Positions 1 to 12,414 are shown, counted from the first letter of the stretch. The stretch: 64,000 bases of DNA from Haliotis rufescens (GCF_023055435.1 NW_025964386.1:372001-436000), one strand, 5' to 3'. The notes: a model not told the origin generated them from the letters alone. Numbers and translations: made by a program.

Positions 1-502
1 ATTCACGTTACTAAGTTCCGTAACGTCAGGTCCAACAATGTCCTTTAGCATATTAGTCACGAAAGGAATGCTTTATACAAGCTTTTCAACATCAACATAC
101 TTGTACATATACACAACAATATATTTTCAGTTTAAACATAATTTCTTCTCATGAAAATGATTAGGCAAACGTCATCACAACTTAGAACGTCTTTTTCACA
201 TTGATTTACATGTATGCTTATTTACAAGTTAATCCACTGAATGACAGAAAGGAAAGAAAAGAAATAGAGAAACAATGTACATTCACATTGCTCACTCAAA
301 CCTTTTTGTTTTCTTTATATATGTATGTACATTCCTTTCGTTCACATAATTAGGTAAAATTGCATGAACCCATGTTTCTGGCTGAGTTAGATAAAGGACA
401 TTAAGAAATTGATGAAAACAATTATATGAATTTTCTCATTTTGGATCCTCGTTTAAACCTTTTCTAAATAAGTCATAATTTATTCAAAAGACACAAATCA
501 TA

Positions 503-1110
503 GTTCTGACATTCAACAAGCAAATACAAGTGACACGATTCAATGTTCATAGTATCAATACACACATTAAACACTAACGCAGGCGCCCATTGGGACAGCT
601 CTGACCTGCTCTAATATTACCCAAAACATTGACGAGGTATAACGCACACTTTGCTCTGATTGGTCAAACTGTATCTTTATTGTTTCATATCTACGATTAA
701 ATTGACATATAATAAATTTTCATGTGTTGTTCCCGGATTTAACAAAGCTCACATAACTAAGACAAAATTGTTATGGATGAGCAACTTCTTTATTACAATT
801 GGGCGACGTTTCGGTGTAGATTCTAACACCGTTATCAAGCAAATAATCATCATTTGCTTGATAACGGTGTTAGAATCTACACCGAAACGTCGCCCAATTG
901 TAATAAAGAAGTTGCTCATCCATAACAATTTTGTCTTAGTTACCATTCCAACTTCTAAATGCCACTCAAAGAAGTTAAAAGCTCACATAGTTAACCTAGT
1001 GAGACTTGAATTAATTTAAACAAAGACACATGGTGTGATTAAGCCCTTGTGTATTCTGATGAAGGCGCACATTCGCTTAAGGGATGAAACTGTTACACAT
1101 AGTGACCACT
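503..1110 (-). pseudogene. diverged relic of the gene family's promoter/intron-1 region with exon 1 deleted (also ~10972-11345 and ~21273-21646)
   Basis: Aligns by eye with 5780-6290 (caaatacaagtgac..., ctctgattggtcaaactgtat, gagacttgaattaatttaaacaaaga). CCAAT is kept, TATA is mutated, and exon 1 with its donor is absent. Confidence 0.75.
756..977. mobile_element. Penelope-like inverted terminal-repeat insertion (91-bp-arm palindrome plus tail) with minimal hammerhead-like motif
   Basis: Perfect inverted repeat 754-844/852-942 and a 35-nt tail. 12-bp TSD aaagctcacata at 744-755 and 978-989. Absent from units B and C. Motif TTGATAA-CGGTGT..ACACC-GAAACGTC followed by AATAAA. Confidence 0.75.
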
Positions 1111-1710
1111 CTAATTACATGACAGGATTGGCTTGAGTTGCCCTGACGCAGCAGTAACACTGAGTGTTGACTTCGGCAAAGCGGTGTAACATTTTGTATA
1201 ATAGAAAATAGACCAAATATATAAAGCATAATTACATTTGATATGTTATCAAATATTAAACTTTCTTTTGAGGAATAATAGGGCAAATGGCGCGCTATAA
1301 CAATAATTACGCAGTTTAACGCTTACATGTATGTGTTTGCTAAGTAACTGTAACTGCGATTGACCAGTTGCGATAGCTGCAAGATATATTTTAATTGTGC
1401 TTAGCAAGTTGCAAAAATACAGTTATGCTTTGTTCAGGTTAATGTGTACAAATTACAAAAATGTATCGAGAAACCCAAGCACCGTTTAACCCCTAACACC
1501 AGTACAGCGTATACATCTACTGCCAGAAAGTTTAATGCAACATGAAATGTAATATTAATGAGTAAAGAATCCATGTAAATTAATAGCTACAAAAAACATC
1601 CATAATCATAAGAATTCGCAACTAATATCAGAATCCATTGTACGATTCCGACTAAATCGTAAGTATAAGTTGTTAATCACTTCCTCATTCACACGTGTGC
1701 ATTGAACACC

Positions 1711-2364
1711 TACACTCTTCAAAAAAAGAAAAACGCACAAGTAGATTTTTAGTAAATTTATTGTACATATTATAGTCGATATATTTAATTTAAGTGAGTG
1801 AGTATGGTTTTACGCCGCTTTTAGCAATATTCCAGCAATATCACGGCGGGGGACACCAGAAATGTGCTTCACACATTGTACCCATGTCGGGAATCGAGCC
1901 CGGGTCTTCGGCGTGACGAGCGAATGCTTTAACCACCAGGCTACCCGACCGCCCCTATTTAATTTAATATCATAGATACAAATATGAAAGTTTGGAGCTC
2001 GATAGTCACATATTGTCGTTGTACAATGGGATTGAAAACTGGTCATTGCCATGTCACATTAGGCCACAAGAATGCGCTGAACTCAGTATCTCGTGTGACC
2101 GCCCCGGGCAGCAATCACGGCTCTGCATCTCCTCGACACTGACTGGATAAGTGTACGAATTCTGTCCTGCGGAATTCTGCGCCATTCTGCTTGTAACGCT
2201 TTGACCAGTTGTGGGTGTGTCTGCGGCGTGTTCTGACGTTGACGCATACGTCGATCGAGTTCATCCCAGAGGTGTTCGATTGGGTTGAGATCTGGATATC
2301 TCGACGGCCAGGGTAAGCCGTTGTTTGCATTATGAAGGTAGTCTACCGTGACACGAGCTGTGTT
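1711..2364 (-). mobile_element. Tc1/mariner DNA transposon 3' fragment (transposase C-terminus plus one terminus)
   Basis: WP-x-x-x-PDLNPIEHLWDEL...GGHTRY, typical of Tc1-family transposases. TA-CACTCTTCAAAAAAAG terminus at 1711. Confidence 0.85.
1794..1955 (-). mobile_element. tRNA-derived SINE inserted in the Tc1 fragment (unit A only)
   Basis: Minus strand GGGGCGGTCGGGTAGCCTGGTGGTTAAAGC (A box)...GGCTCGATTCCC (B-box-like), with a (CACT)n tail. 12-bp TSD tatttaatttaa at 1782-1793 and 1956-1967. Confidence 0.9.
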
Positions 2365-2974
2365 AAAACAGACGTCGGTTAGAAGAAATCCCAGTTTTAA
2401 TCTCACATCAATGACATTAGGAGGATATTCATGTGGATAATTCATGTTGGCTTTAACTAACTTAATGTTGTTTACACAAGGGTTGTTAAACACTGTCAAA
2501 TACGGACATGTATTGTGGTAAATAAACAACAGAAAAACAGTGTGAATCTCTGTGTAGCAGTGCCTCGTATCATTCTTAATACTGACTTTGAAATCGCTTT
2601 ACACATTAAGCAATAATTACTGAATCCTTGATCTTTCACGACAAGCTGTATATCCGTGTCATGCGAAACGTAACCTTGTTTATTAAAATTGTGTTTCGAG
2701 GACCGAGTATTCATGAAATGTATTCTCAACCAATTAATATACCATGTAGGTGTGTGACGAATGTTCGCCTGGTTGTTGGGGGCGTGGTTACCTCCGCACT
2801 AATTGCAACCAGTGTGGGGAGATAAGGGATTCAAGATTTGAATTCATACTATTTATTAACGTTATAGGTGTACAGGCATAATCATCACGTGGTCTATGGC
2901 GCTCCTTCTTGCTGTTGTTGCAGGCATTTGACAACAACGTTAAATTCCAAAGTCCAAGGGTAGGGCCTTTGTGT

Positions 2975-5077
2975 TTAGCCGTGAACTGGAGATGAAAGGG
3001 AATATTACATCACATTCAGTTTTGTCAAAGTATTGGTTGGAGATATTAACAGAAAAGGCTAATGAATAGGCTAATGATTATATATGACAAAAACAAATAA
3101 AGTAGTAAAACCTAGATCTATATTGAACATTTCTATCTAAAGCAGAAAAAATAAAAGATAAGACTTTACTTAAGTTGATGATACTGACCATATACGACCC
3201 CGAGACCTATACCGCCGAGACTTGGATTACTAGGAGAGATGGCGTAAGTACCACATCCCCCGAAGTGTAGTTCCGTGTCGTAGAAGTAGTCGTCGTTGAG
3301 ATGGTCAGTTGTACTTAACATTTTGGCACCCGAATTCCACTGATCCGTCAAAGGATGATGAGGGTTCACCCATCCTGTCCTTGAAGGCGAACGCTGATTG
3401 GGATTCGTATAGAAGGTGAAATAGGCATTGGGGTTTCCGTCACAATTACTGAATGACTTGTCAACTCCATTTGCGTTGTATCCATGCACGAAACCTTTCG
3501 AAAGGAGGACTTTGGGATGAAAACCCAGGTATAGATAGGGACCTAGATTCGGGTTGTGTGGGCTTGTGTAGAGTGTATATTCATTGACCATGATGCCAAG
3601 AGGTAGGAATGAAAACCTATCAAGCTGAGAGATTGTGGATTCGGATTGTGTCATGTTGCTCCACTTTGCAACAAAGCTGACTTTGGACTTAGTGTTGAAG
3701 TGGAGACTTAAATCCTCTGTTGTCAATGTGGCTGCAGCGGATTTGGAGAAGTAGGTGATGATGTCACTGCTGCTGAAGCGGCACCAAACTCTGATGGTAC
3801 TGCCATTGTTAGTCCTGAGAGTATACTCGCCGCTAGCTGTGCCCGGTGCAACATTGTAGATGTCATGACATGCTGGAAAAATAATTGTAAATTGACTTCT
3901 TTTTGAACAAAAATAGTACTGAGCGTAGAACATGTATGGAAACAGATATGCTCTTTGAGATGGAAATAATAGTGACACAATCATTTCCGTAGTGATAAGA
4001 AACTCAGAACAAACAACTTTTGTTTAAGGATAGTAGCAGTCGTAAATGCTGGAATATTGCGGGACAAACTTGACATCGTCCCTCGTCAGCGAGCCTGGCC
4101 ACCCGATCCCATTGGGCTTCCTTTACGACAACCACGGATTGAAGACTATTTCTAAAGCGGATATGCGTTGCAATCTAATGCAAACGTCTCGGTATTCATA
4201 TCGATAATGTACTATGTATTCTGTCCAGCTGAAAACCAGAAACAACCGGGTCAAATGCTAATGTTACAAACAAGATCGGTCTGTAGGAGAATTGGGAGTG
4301 GTGAACAAATACTTACTGCGGATGTCATGTTGACAGATGTCTCCCATATAGCCTGGTTTGCACGCACAGGTCTGTTTAGTGCCCCCATTCATACAATCAG
4401 TTCTCTGGCCCTATAAAATCAAAGCATTTCAATATTAGTAAGTAAGATTTAACGCCGCTTTGAATAGTTATATCACAGCGTATCACCTTTGTTTCAGATA
4501 AATAAACAGATGGTAAACGCTCCTCCCAAACAAGATTCATCAGAAGATGACAAATCCCTCGGGCCCAAACAGTAAGTATAAATAGTAATACAAAGATTCC
4601 TCTTTTCATACCTTTTCAAAATGAACAAAATATACGGCATGCTCAACACAATGTCTATTAGGTGGTCGCTCCCTTAACTATCATGACGTACTTACACTAT
4701 GAAGGTCGCTCCCTTAACTATCCTTACGTACTTACACTATGAAGGTCGCTCCCTTAACTATCATTACGCACTTACACTATGAAGGTCGCTCCTTTAACTA
4801 TCATTACGTACTTACACGATGAAGGTCGCTCCCTCAACTATTATGACGTACTTACACTATGGAGGTCGCATCCATTACTGCCATAAAGACACGCCAAAGA
4901 TGTTGGGAGTCCACATCCCTCACAAACAACAACACCATTCTGTTGGCAGTTAGGTGTGGCGGGACAAGGGTTTCGGTCATTCTTTGAATCTGTACACGGG
5001 AAGCACAGTATCAAAAGAGCGCAAAGGACACTCAGTGTTGGAAACATATCGGGAAGGAAATTGTTGCTCCAGATCAT
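2975..5077 (-). CDS. Gene copy A: predicted secreted protein (signal peptide, 6-Cys module, 4-Cys EGF-like, FReD-like-start unknown domain), 336 aa
   Basis: Coding exons 5077-4856, 4410-4317, 3872-3189, 2985-2975. All introns GT-AG with compatible phases (0,1,1); total 1011 nt, open. Hydrophobic leader MFPTLSVLCALLILCFPCTDS. AATAAA at 2852-2857. Confidence 0.85.
4661..4870 (-). repeat. 40-bp minisatellite built from the exon-2 end plus GTAAG splice donor (5 units)
   Basis: Unit gaaggtcgctcccttaactatcattacgtacttacactat; only 3 units in B and C. Confidence 0.92.
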
Positions 5078-5911
5078 CGGACGCCTTTACGACACTTCTT
5101 CAACTGCAACATGAAATGTAAAATGAAAATAATATGCACATATGTAGTTGAATCTGATCATTTCCCTGTTTTGTACATTGTAAACGTGAACATTAAAACC
5201 CATCCTAATACCACCAACCGCACCTATTAACTGTTTTAACTGTAAGCATCTAAGCAATTGTATGCAAATATCGAGCTGATACGGTAAAAATAACAATTCG
5301 CTTAAAGCAGTGACCAACTGCTTGTTTATGCCTTACAGAAACATTTGGAGTAGGAACTAACATCTCAATCCAACAAACTGTCCATGACTATTCCAACATC
5401 GTCTCTGCCTCGAACAGGCTTCATTACCAATGTACCATCATGGCAATTAGCATTCGCTTTCATGGTTCGGAGAATGAGAAACCCAAACATTTCTGTTGAG
5501 GCCTCGAAGAAAGGTGACGCACTTTCTGAGCAATTAACCTTACAAATAGTGAACTCAATCCCTCAAGATGTTCGGAAGGGATGAATAACATAAGCAGAGC
5601 GCAATTCATTATGGGAATGCTAAATTTAACAACTGAAACCTCGCACTGATACGTTTTTAATTCAATTAAGAGTTATCAGGTATAACGGGTAACGTTACTC
5701 TACAGGTCATACAGGTCATTGCTTTTAGCCTTTTAACATGAATATTCATGTATTCACTATTAACAAGAATGAAGTAAGATTTCTGACTTTGAACTAGCAA
5801 ATACAAGTGACAAAATTTAATGTTGATAGTATCAATACACCCATTAAAGATAAACTTTAAAGATAAAGAATCATATGTTATTTTAGGCAACAACACAAAG
5901 AAAAGGCTTAC

Positions 5912-6047
5912 CTTAAAGTAGAAGCAACGTTGAGTAACTTGTGCCTTCCAAAGATTATTACAGGAGCAGAGTGATTCGACAGCTCTGTCCTGCTCTTATA
6001 TTACCCAAAATGTTGACGAGGTAGAACGCACAGTTTGCTCTGATTGG
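5912..6047 (-). promoter_or_regulatory. Predicted Pol II promoter and non-coding exon 1 of gene A
   Basis: Minus strand: CCAAT 6043-6047, TATAAG 5995-6000, Inr-like TCACT with A at 5972 (28 nt after TATA), donor TTTAAG|GTAAGC at 5912/5911. Matching acceptor ttcatgttgcag| before 5103. Confidence 0.7.
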
Positions 6048-6513
6048 TCAAACTGTATGTTTATTGTTTAATTAATATCTACGGCTAAAAATGAATTGAC
6101 ATAAGCTTTCCTTTCATGTGTTGTTCCTCGGATTTAACATTGCTCACAAAGTTAACCTAATGAATTGATATTGGAAGGAGACTTGAATTAATTTAAACAA
6201 AGAAGCATAAAAGAAGTAAACTCATTGTGTATGCTAATGAAGGCGCCCATTTGCGAGGGGGATTAAAAGTGTGACACGTAGCCACCACGGTTTACCCTCA
6301 CTTTGCCAGCAGCTTGATGTTTACAGCTAGAAGGGATAAGTGGTTACACCTGACTGAGCGTGAAGGTCCAATTTATTCCCCGTGTAATTCTATCCGGGGT
6401 GTACAACCATGAACTATATCTAGCCTAAGAATGTCAGATTCAAGTATTAATTGCAACACATTCAACAGTCAATAAATATGTTATATTAACTAAAACACAC
6501 ACCAAAAAAAAAG

Positions 6514-6621
6514 TTTTACATTCATCTTTTATTTCACACAGATATTTGCAACATTTTACATTCATATTTTATTTCACACAGATATTTGCAACATTTTACA
6601 TTCATATTTTATTTCACACAG
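6514..6621. repeat. 40-bp AT-rich tandem repeat, ~2.7 units (also ~16745 and ~27042)
   Basis: ttttacattcatattttatttcacacagatatttgcaaca repeated. Confidence 0.85.
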
Positions 6622-6660
6622 CTTCCAAAGTCAAACAATATATGAAACATATCATCCAAT

Positions 6661-6860
6661 TTATAGTCCGACAAGATGTGAGACATTGTCTCCATAGATC
6701 AGGGGGGTTGTGACACCTGTCACAAGTAGTCTCTTTTGCTGCTCTAACCTTTCCTCTAGCTGGCGGTACACCTTCTTCTTGGGTCTAACACTTCCACCTG
6801 CATTCAGCTGCATCACCGTCAACTCTGCAAATTTCTCTTCGGACTTGATCAGGTTCACAA
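6661..6860 (-). mobile_element. Probable MULE-type transposase C-terminal remnant (also from 16892 and 27189)
   Basis: QLNAGGSVRPKKKVYRQLEERL...G..T...YGDNVSHLV resembles the C-termini of animal MULE transposases. Recognised from memory only. Confidence 0.4.
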
Positions 6861-7819
6861 ACAATATAATATTTAAAAAACACTGCAAAACAGATATTAC
6901 TCATTAAGTAAGATTCTCTAAATCTGAGAAAAATGTCACAAATTCAAATAAACCTGACATTGAAAAATAAAATAAACCTGACATTCAAAAACACTGCTAT
7001 GCTATGCCTTGAATGCAAGGATTTATGAATGCAAACATATTATTTTAGTAAGAAAATTTAAATTGATTACTTACTGTTAAGTTCCTCTTGAAATATACTA
7101 GGCACTGGTCTGTGGTCTGTTCGGACAAGGTCCTTCATATTGGCAATGAAAGTATCTACTTTCAGTCTAGCAGGATCTCGAAGATGGTATTTCAATAACG
7201 CAATAAAATAGTTGAAATCAGTTAAAATGATTTACATTATGTGTCATTAAACTTGTAAGAACACCTGTATGTATTTGCGAAACAAAAACATGAGTTTTGA
7301 GCAAAGGAAAATATTCTCACCCATGGGCCAAAGCTTTTACGCGCCCCTGGGCGAAATATTTCAATATCGCTATAAAATCGTTGAATTAGGTTAAAATGAT
7401 TTGAATTTTGTGTCATGATACTTGAAAGAAATACATTTATGTATTTGCGAAACAAAAACAAGAGTTTTGAGTAAAGGAACATATTCTCGCCCATGGGCCA
7501 CTCTTCGACCATGGGCAGGCCCATGGGCGACATAGTGTAAATGTTTAGTTTTTGAACAATTTTTTATTCATTTTTTCTTCCTTAGTATGTTCCCTTGAAA
7601 ACAGCATGTTTAATTTTGTAATTACCTTTAACCGAGACTGGGCATATACCGTAGAGTTTCTGGACTGTTTGGGTTTCCAGAATTAAAATTGGACGTTTTA
7701 AAAGATAAAATGTACATCAATCCATTAAAACGGGATTAACTGGGTAGTGACATGATATTAAGAGAGTGTGTGACAATGACGCTTTTACATTTGTGTTAGT
7801 AATACAGCTAACTTATTAC

Positions 7820-9990
7820 ACAGTGAATCATTATTCATTACATAATTAAACTGGTCAGCTGGATCAAGTTATAGGAAGGAGGGATCTAAACTAGAAATAG
7901 AATGAAACAAATTAAAACGTAGGTATGAGTAAAGCTCACAAGTTGCAAGAAAGTGTATTTCATCTTCTATTTAGTCTATTTATTAAAAGTGGTACAGGTT
8001 TTGTGTATCATCCTAATTCAATCTCTAAAGGTAAGGTTCCACAACGAAAGTTACTAAAAATACTTCTTTCGTATCCATTAAGTGAAGCACTGACATACTT
8101 CTCGATATAAAAATCAGTTTTAAATCGTCTATACGTTCATAGCGTATTACCATTTACTAAATTTCTATCATTCCATAATTCTACAAGCCAGTTATTATAA
8201 TCAATACACATTAACCACTGTTTTGCAGAATCAATCAGCTGAGGATATGTCAAAACATTTGACAGGGGTATAGCCCAGTTTTAAAGAAGTGAATATGTAA
8301 CATTATGCCAGGATTTTCTAAACTTAAGCGACCTTGTTATTCACAGATCTAACAATGATGGATTGCTGTGCTCTGTGTAAACGGCGCCGGAATCTGAGAA
8401 CCTCAACATGTTGTTTCCTCCACCCCATATCCCAACACCTTGGTTGAACAAGATTTGCATAAAGAGTATTAAAAACTTCATAAGGTAGTCCACCAACTGA
8501 TTTAAATTTGCAAATTATTACATCCAAAGCACGACTTGCAGATTTCATTCGCTGTAAAATTAAGATTAAGGTGTTAATGAAACCATAATTCAATATATTT
8601 ATAAGCTTCTGTTTAACCAATGACATTATCATCATCGTTTTATTTCTGATTAACTTTTAATTGCAATGCAGAGTACCAATTGGCCGCACGTTCAAGCATA
8701 CGCTGTAAAAAAATGTTCATTAGGTGCTTTTAAGGTTATATCATCAGCATATAACAAAAGGCTAAGTATAGCATCACCAACGTTAATACCACGACGTAAA
8801 CTATTAACATATTCTAGATCATTAATGGAAACCGAAAAAAGTGTCGGCGACATAACGCAACCTTGTCGCACACCGTAATATGCAGAAAATACATCAGTAT
8901 TGAGATCATTCACTCTTACACAAGATTGAATGTTATCATACATGGGTTGAACAACATTAAGGAACCTACCACTGATGCCTAAACGTTTCAATTTATACCA
9001 CAGGGACTGTCTATGGACTTTATCAAAGGCCTTCATAATATCAATGGAACAAACAAAAGTGGACTGTTTTGATTGTTTACGGTTATTAACAACTGAATAT
9101 AATGAATAAATATGTTCTTGGGTACTACATTTTGAGGGAAAGCCATTTTGCTCGTTAGCTGAAATTTCGTTATTTTCTAACAAGGTATTTAATTTGGAAT
9201 TTAAAATGTCAGTACATTTGACAAGGAATTGATAGTAGGGAAATTCCTCGGTAGCTGAGGGGATCCCGAGGATTTGTATTAGATTTTCCTAATTGGATTA
9301 CCAACACTAAGTTGCCATAAATCAGGGCAAATACAATTTTCAAAAACCATATTTTCAAAACAGTTTCCACAAAATATCAATACATTTGTTGTTTTTCAAA
9401 GCTTCAGCCTGGAGTAGGTCATTACAAGCAGCCTTACCACGTTTAGCACGTGTTACAGCACGTTCAACCTCAGCACGCGCGATAGCTGCATCAAGGTAAT
9501 TAGTGTCAAGTCCTACGTCACAGTTGACCACATTCTCTGGATCAGCTTGATCAGAATTTTAACAATCAACATTAATATGCTTTGAATACAGAGAACTATA
9601 GTCATTTTTCCATTTTTCTAACACATCATCTTTATCTGTAATTACAACATCATCATCAATAATTTCTAGTTGAATACTGCTATTTCTGTCGTTTGATATG
9701 CCTGTTTTGCCAATGGTCTTCTCTGTTTAAACTTTACTAGTAGGCGTGCTTGTTCATTACGTTGATAATTTCTTTGACATTTTCTTAAAAGTTTATCAAA
9801 CACTTTACGTTCAGCAACGAACCTGCCCTTTAAGGTTTGTAGGAAGACCGTGCCCTGGGGTTGCTGACTCTCTGACTGGCAGGTAGAGCCACGTTATCCA
9901 GCTCCTTGTGCATGGAAGCAAGTAAATCAGAATTAGGCAAAGCTGTGTCCCTTTTTGATATGTATAAATGACTTTGGTAAATACATTCGT
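7820..9990 (-). mobile_element. Degenerate non-LTR retrotransposon (LINE) ORF2 fragment, unit A
   Basis: EQNGF, IDIMKAFDKV, GVRQGCVMSPTLF, LLYADD RT motifs. IEDEIHFLATC Zn-finger remnant near 7940-7970. Frameshifted. Confidence 0.88.
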
Positions 9991-11947
9991 GTCGAAGCTG
10001 TGTGTTTCCATATATAAATAAATAGTGCAATTTACAATTATCCAATATGCTATACATTATATATATTATACTTAAATATTATAATAGGTTAGCATAAGCT
10101 TTATCTTATCACATAATGATAGTATACTATACAATATCCTTACTTCTTAAACTATCAACATTTATACTGGTGTAGCACCATCTCTTGTAACATTAAAATT
10201 TAATCGTTACATACCTCGTCATTTTATTTTTCAAGTAAGCCTTTACAAAACTGCATGTAATTTCACCCAAATCTACATTAAAAACCAAAAAAAGGTTTCT
10301 GATTAAATTGTTACCTTCCTTGTAAGTTTATATTTCAAGTAAGCCTTATGAAACTAACACTGAACCATTTCGTATACAGAGTACATACAAAAACATACCA
10401 AAGGTTGTCAGTATCAGCTTAGTACATATTATATTAATGATACCTCATTTTAGAATGACTATATTAAGTATTTACATTACTAAGTTCTGTAACGTCAAGT
10501 CCACTAATGTCTTTTAGCATATTAGTCACGAAAGGAATGCTTTATACAAGCTTTTCAACATCAACATACTTGTACATATACACAATAATATATTTTCAGT
10601 TTAAACATAATTTCTTCTCATGAAAATGATTAGGCACACGTCATCACAACTTAGAACGTCTTTTCACATTGATTTACATGTATGCTTATTTACAAGTTAA
10701 TCCACTGAATGACAGAAAGGAATGAAAAGAAATAGAGAAACAATGTACATTCACATTGCTCACTCAAACCTTTTTGTTTTCTTTATATATGTATGTACAT
10801 TCCTAAAAATGCTTTCGTTCACATAATTGGGTACAATTGCATCAATCCATGTTTCTGGCTAATTTAGATAAAGGACATAAATGAAAACAATTATATGAAT
10901 TTTCTCATTTTGGATCTTCGTTTAAACCTTTTCTAAATAAGTCATAATTTATTCAAAAGACACAAATCAAAGTTCTGAGTTTCAACAAGCAAATACAAGT
11001 GACACGATTCAATGTTCATAGTATCAACACACACATTAAACACTAACGCAGGCGCCCATTGGGACAGCTATGTCCTGCTCTAATATTACCCAAAACATTG
11101 ACGAGGTATAACGTACACTTTGCTCTGATTGGTCAAACTGTATCTTTATTGTTTAATATCTACGATTAAATTGACATATATCTAATTTTCAAGTATTGTT
11201 CCCGGATTTAACAAAGCTCACATAGTTAACCTAGTGAGACTTGAATTAATTTAAACAAAGACACATGGTGTGATTAAGCCCTTGTGTATTCTGATGAAGG
11301 CGGATATTTGCTTAAGGGATTAAACTGTTACACATAGTGACCACTCTAATTACATGACAGGCTTGGCTTGAGTTGCCGTGACGCAGCAGTGACACTGAAT
11401 GTTGACTTCGGCAAAAACTGTGTAACATTTTGTATAATAGAAAATAGACCAAATATATAAAGCATAATTACATTTGATATGTTATCAAATATCAAACTTT
11501 CTTTTGAGGAATAATAGGGCAAATGGCGCGCTATAACAATACTTACACAGTTTAACGCTTACATGTATGTGTTTGCTAAGTAACTGTAACTGCGATTGAC
11601 CAGTGGCGAAAGCTGCAAGATATATTTTAATTGTACTTAGCAAGTTGCAAAAATACAGTTATGCTTTGTTCAGGTTAATGTGTACAAAATATAAAAATGT
11701 ATCGAGAAACCCATGCACCATTATACCCCTATCACCAGTACAGCGTATACATCTACTGCCAGAAAGTTTAATGCAACATGAAATGTAATATTAATGAGTA
11801 AAAAATCCATGTAAATTAAAAGCTACAAAAAAACACCCATAATCATAAGAATTCGCAACTAAAATCAGAACCCATTGTACGATTCCGACTAAATCGTAAG
11901 TATAAGTTGTTAATCACTTCCTCATTCACACGTGTGTAATGAACACA

Positions 11948-12414
11948 TACACTCTTCAAAAAAGGAAACGCACAAGTGGATTTTTAGTTAATTTATTGTA
12001 CATAATAAAGTCGATATATTTATATAAATATGAAATTTTGGAGCTCGATAGTCACATATTGTCGTTGTACAAAGGCATTGAAAAATGTTCTTTGTCATGT
12101 CACATTAGGCCACAAGAATGCGCTGAACTCAGTATCTACGTGTGACCGCCCCGGGCAGCAATCACGGCTCTGCATCTCCTCGACACTGACTGGATAAATG
12201 TACGGATTCTGTCCTGCGGAATTCTGCGCCATTCTGCTTGTAACGCTTTGACCAGTTGTGGGAGTGTCTGCAGCGTGTTCTGACGTTGACGTATACGTCG
12301 ATCGAGTTCATCCCAGAGGTGTTCGATTGGGTTGAGATCTGGATATCTCAACGGCCAGGGTAAGCCGTTGATGTTTGCATTATGTAGGTAGTCTACAGTG
12401 ACACGAGCTGTGTT
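11948..12414 (-). mobile_element. Tc1/mariner fragment, unit B (no SINE)
   Basis: Paralog of 1711-2364; PDLNPIEHLW. Confidence 0.85.

Larger units (their letters stand above)
1..10469. repeat. ~10.3-kb tandem segmental duplication, unit A (starts off-window)
   Basis: Position 1 (attcacgttactaagttccg) recurs at 10470 and 20771. The ORF set repeats with offsets 10056-10313. Confidence 0.95.

Noticed and set aside
660-1019. Mirror-image ORFs on both strands (119 aa/65 aa)
   Set aside because: A consequence of the DNA palindrome.
1056-1085. CTGATGA-containing hammerhead-like string
   Set aside because: No GAAA/UH half of the core, and not conserved in the paralogous site at ~6235.
1885-1955. 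tRNA gene
   Set aside because: tRNA-like head continues into a SINE body and tail flanked by a TSD.
3189-3872. Positive selection between copies A and B
   Set aside because: By my count 4 non-synonymous and 2 synonymous differences; too few, and compatible with neutrality.
3189-3872. Naming the gene as ficolin, FREP or intelectin
   Set aside because: Only the first ~30 residues resemble FReD; downstream diagnostic motifs are absent, so no symbol is given.
3873-3984. N-terminal extension of the 272-292 aa ORFs as a single-exon gene
   Set aside because: Intronic: paralog conservation starts at the tttttccag acceptor, and the extension differs in length between copies.
4661-4870. CRISPR-like regular repeats
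   Set aside because: Head-to-tail units with no unique spacers, no cas genes, eukaryotic context.
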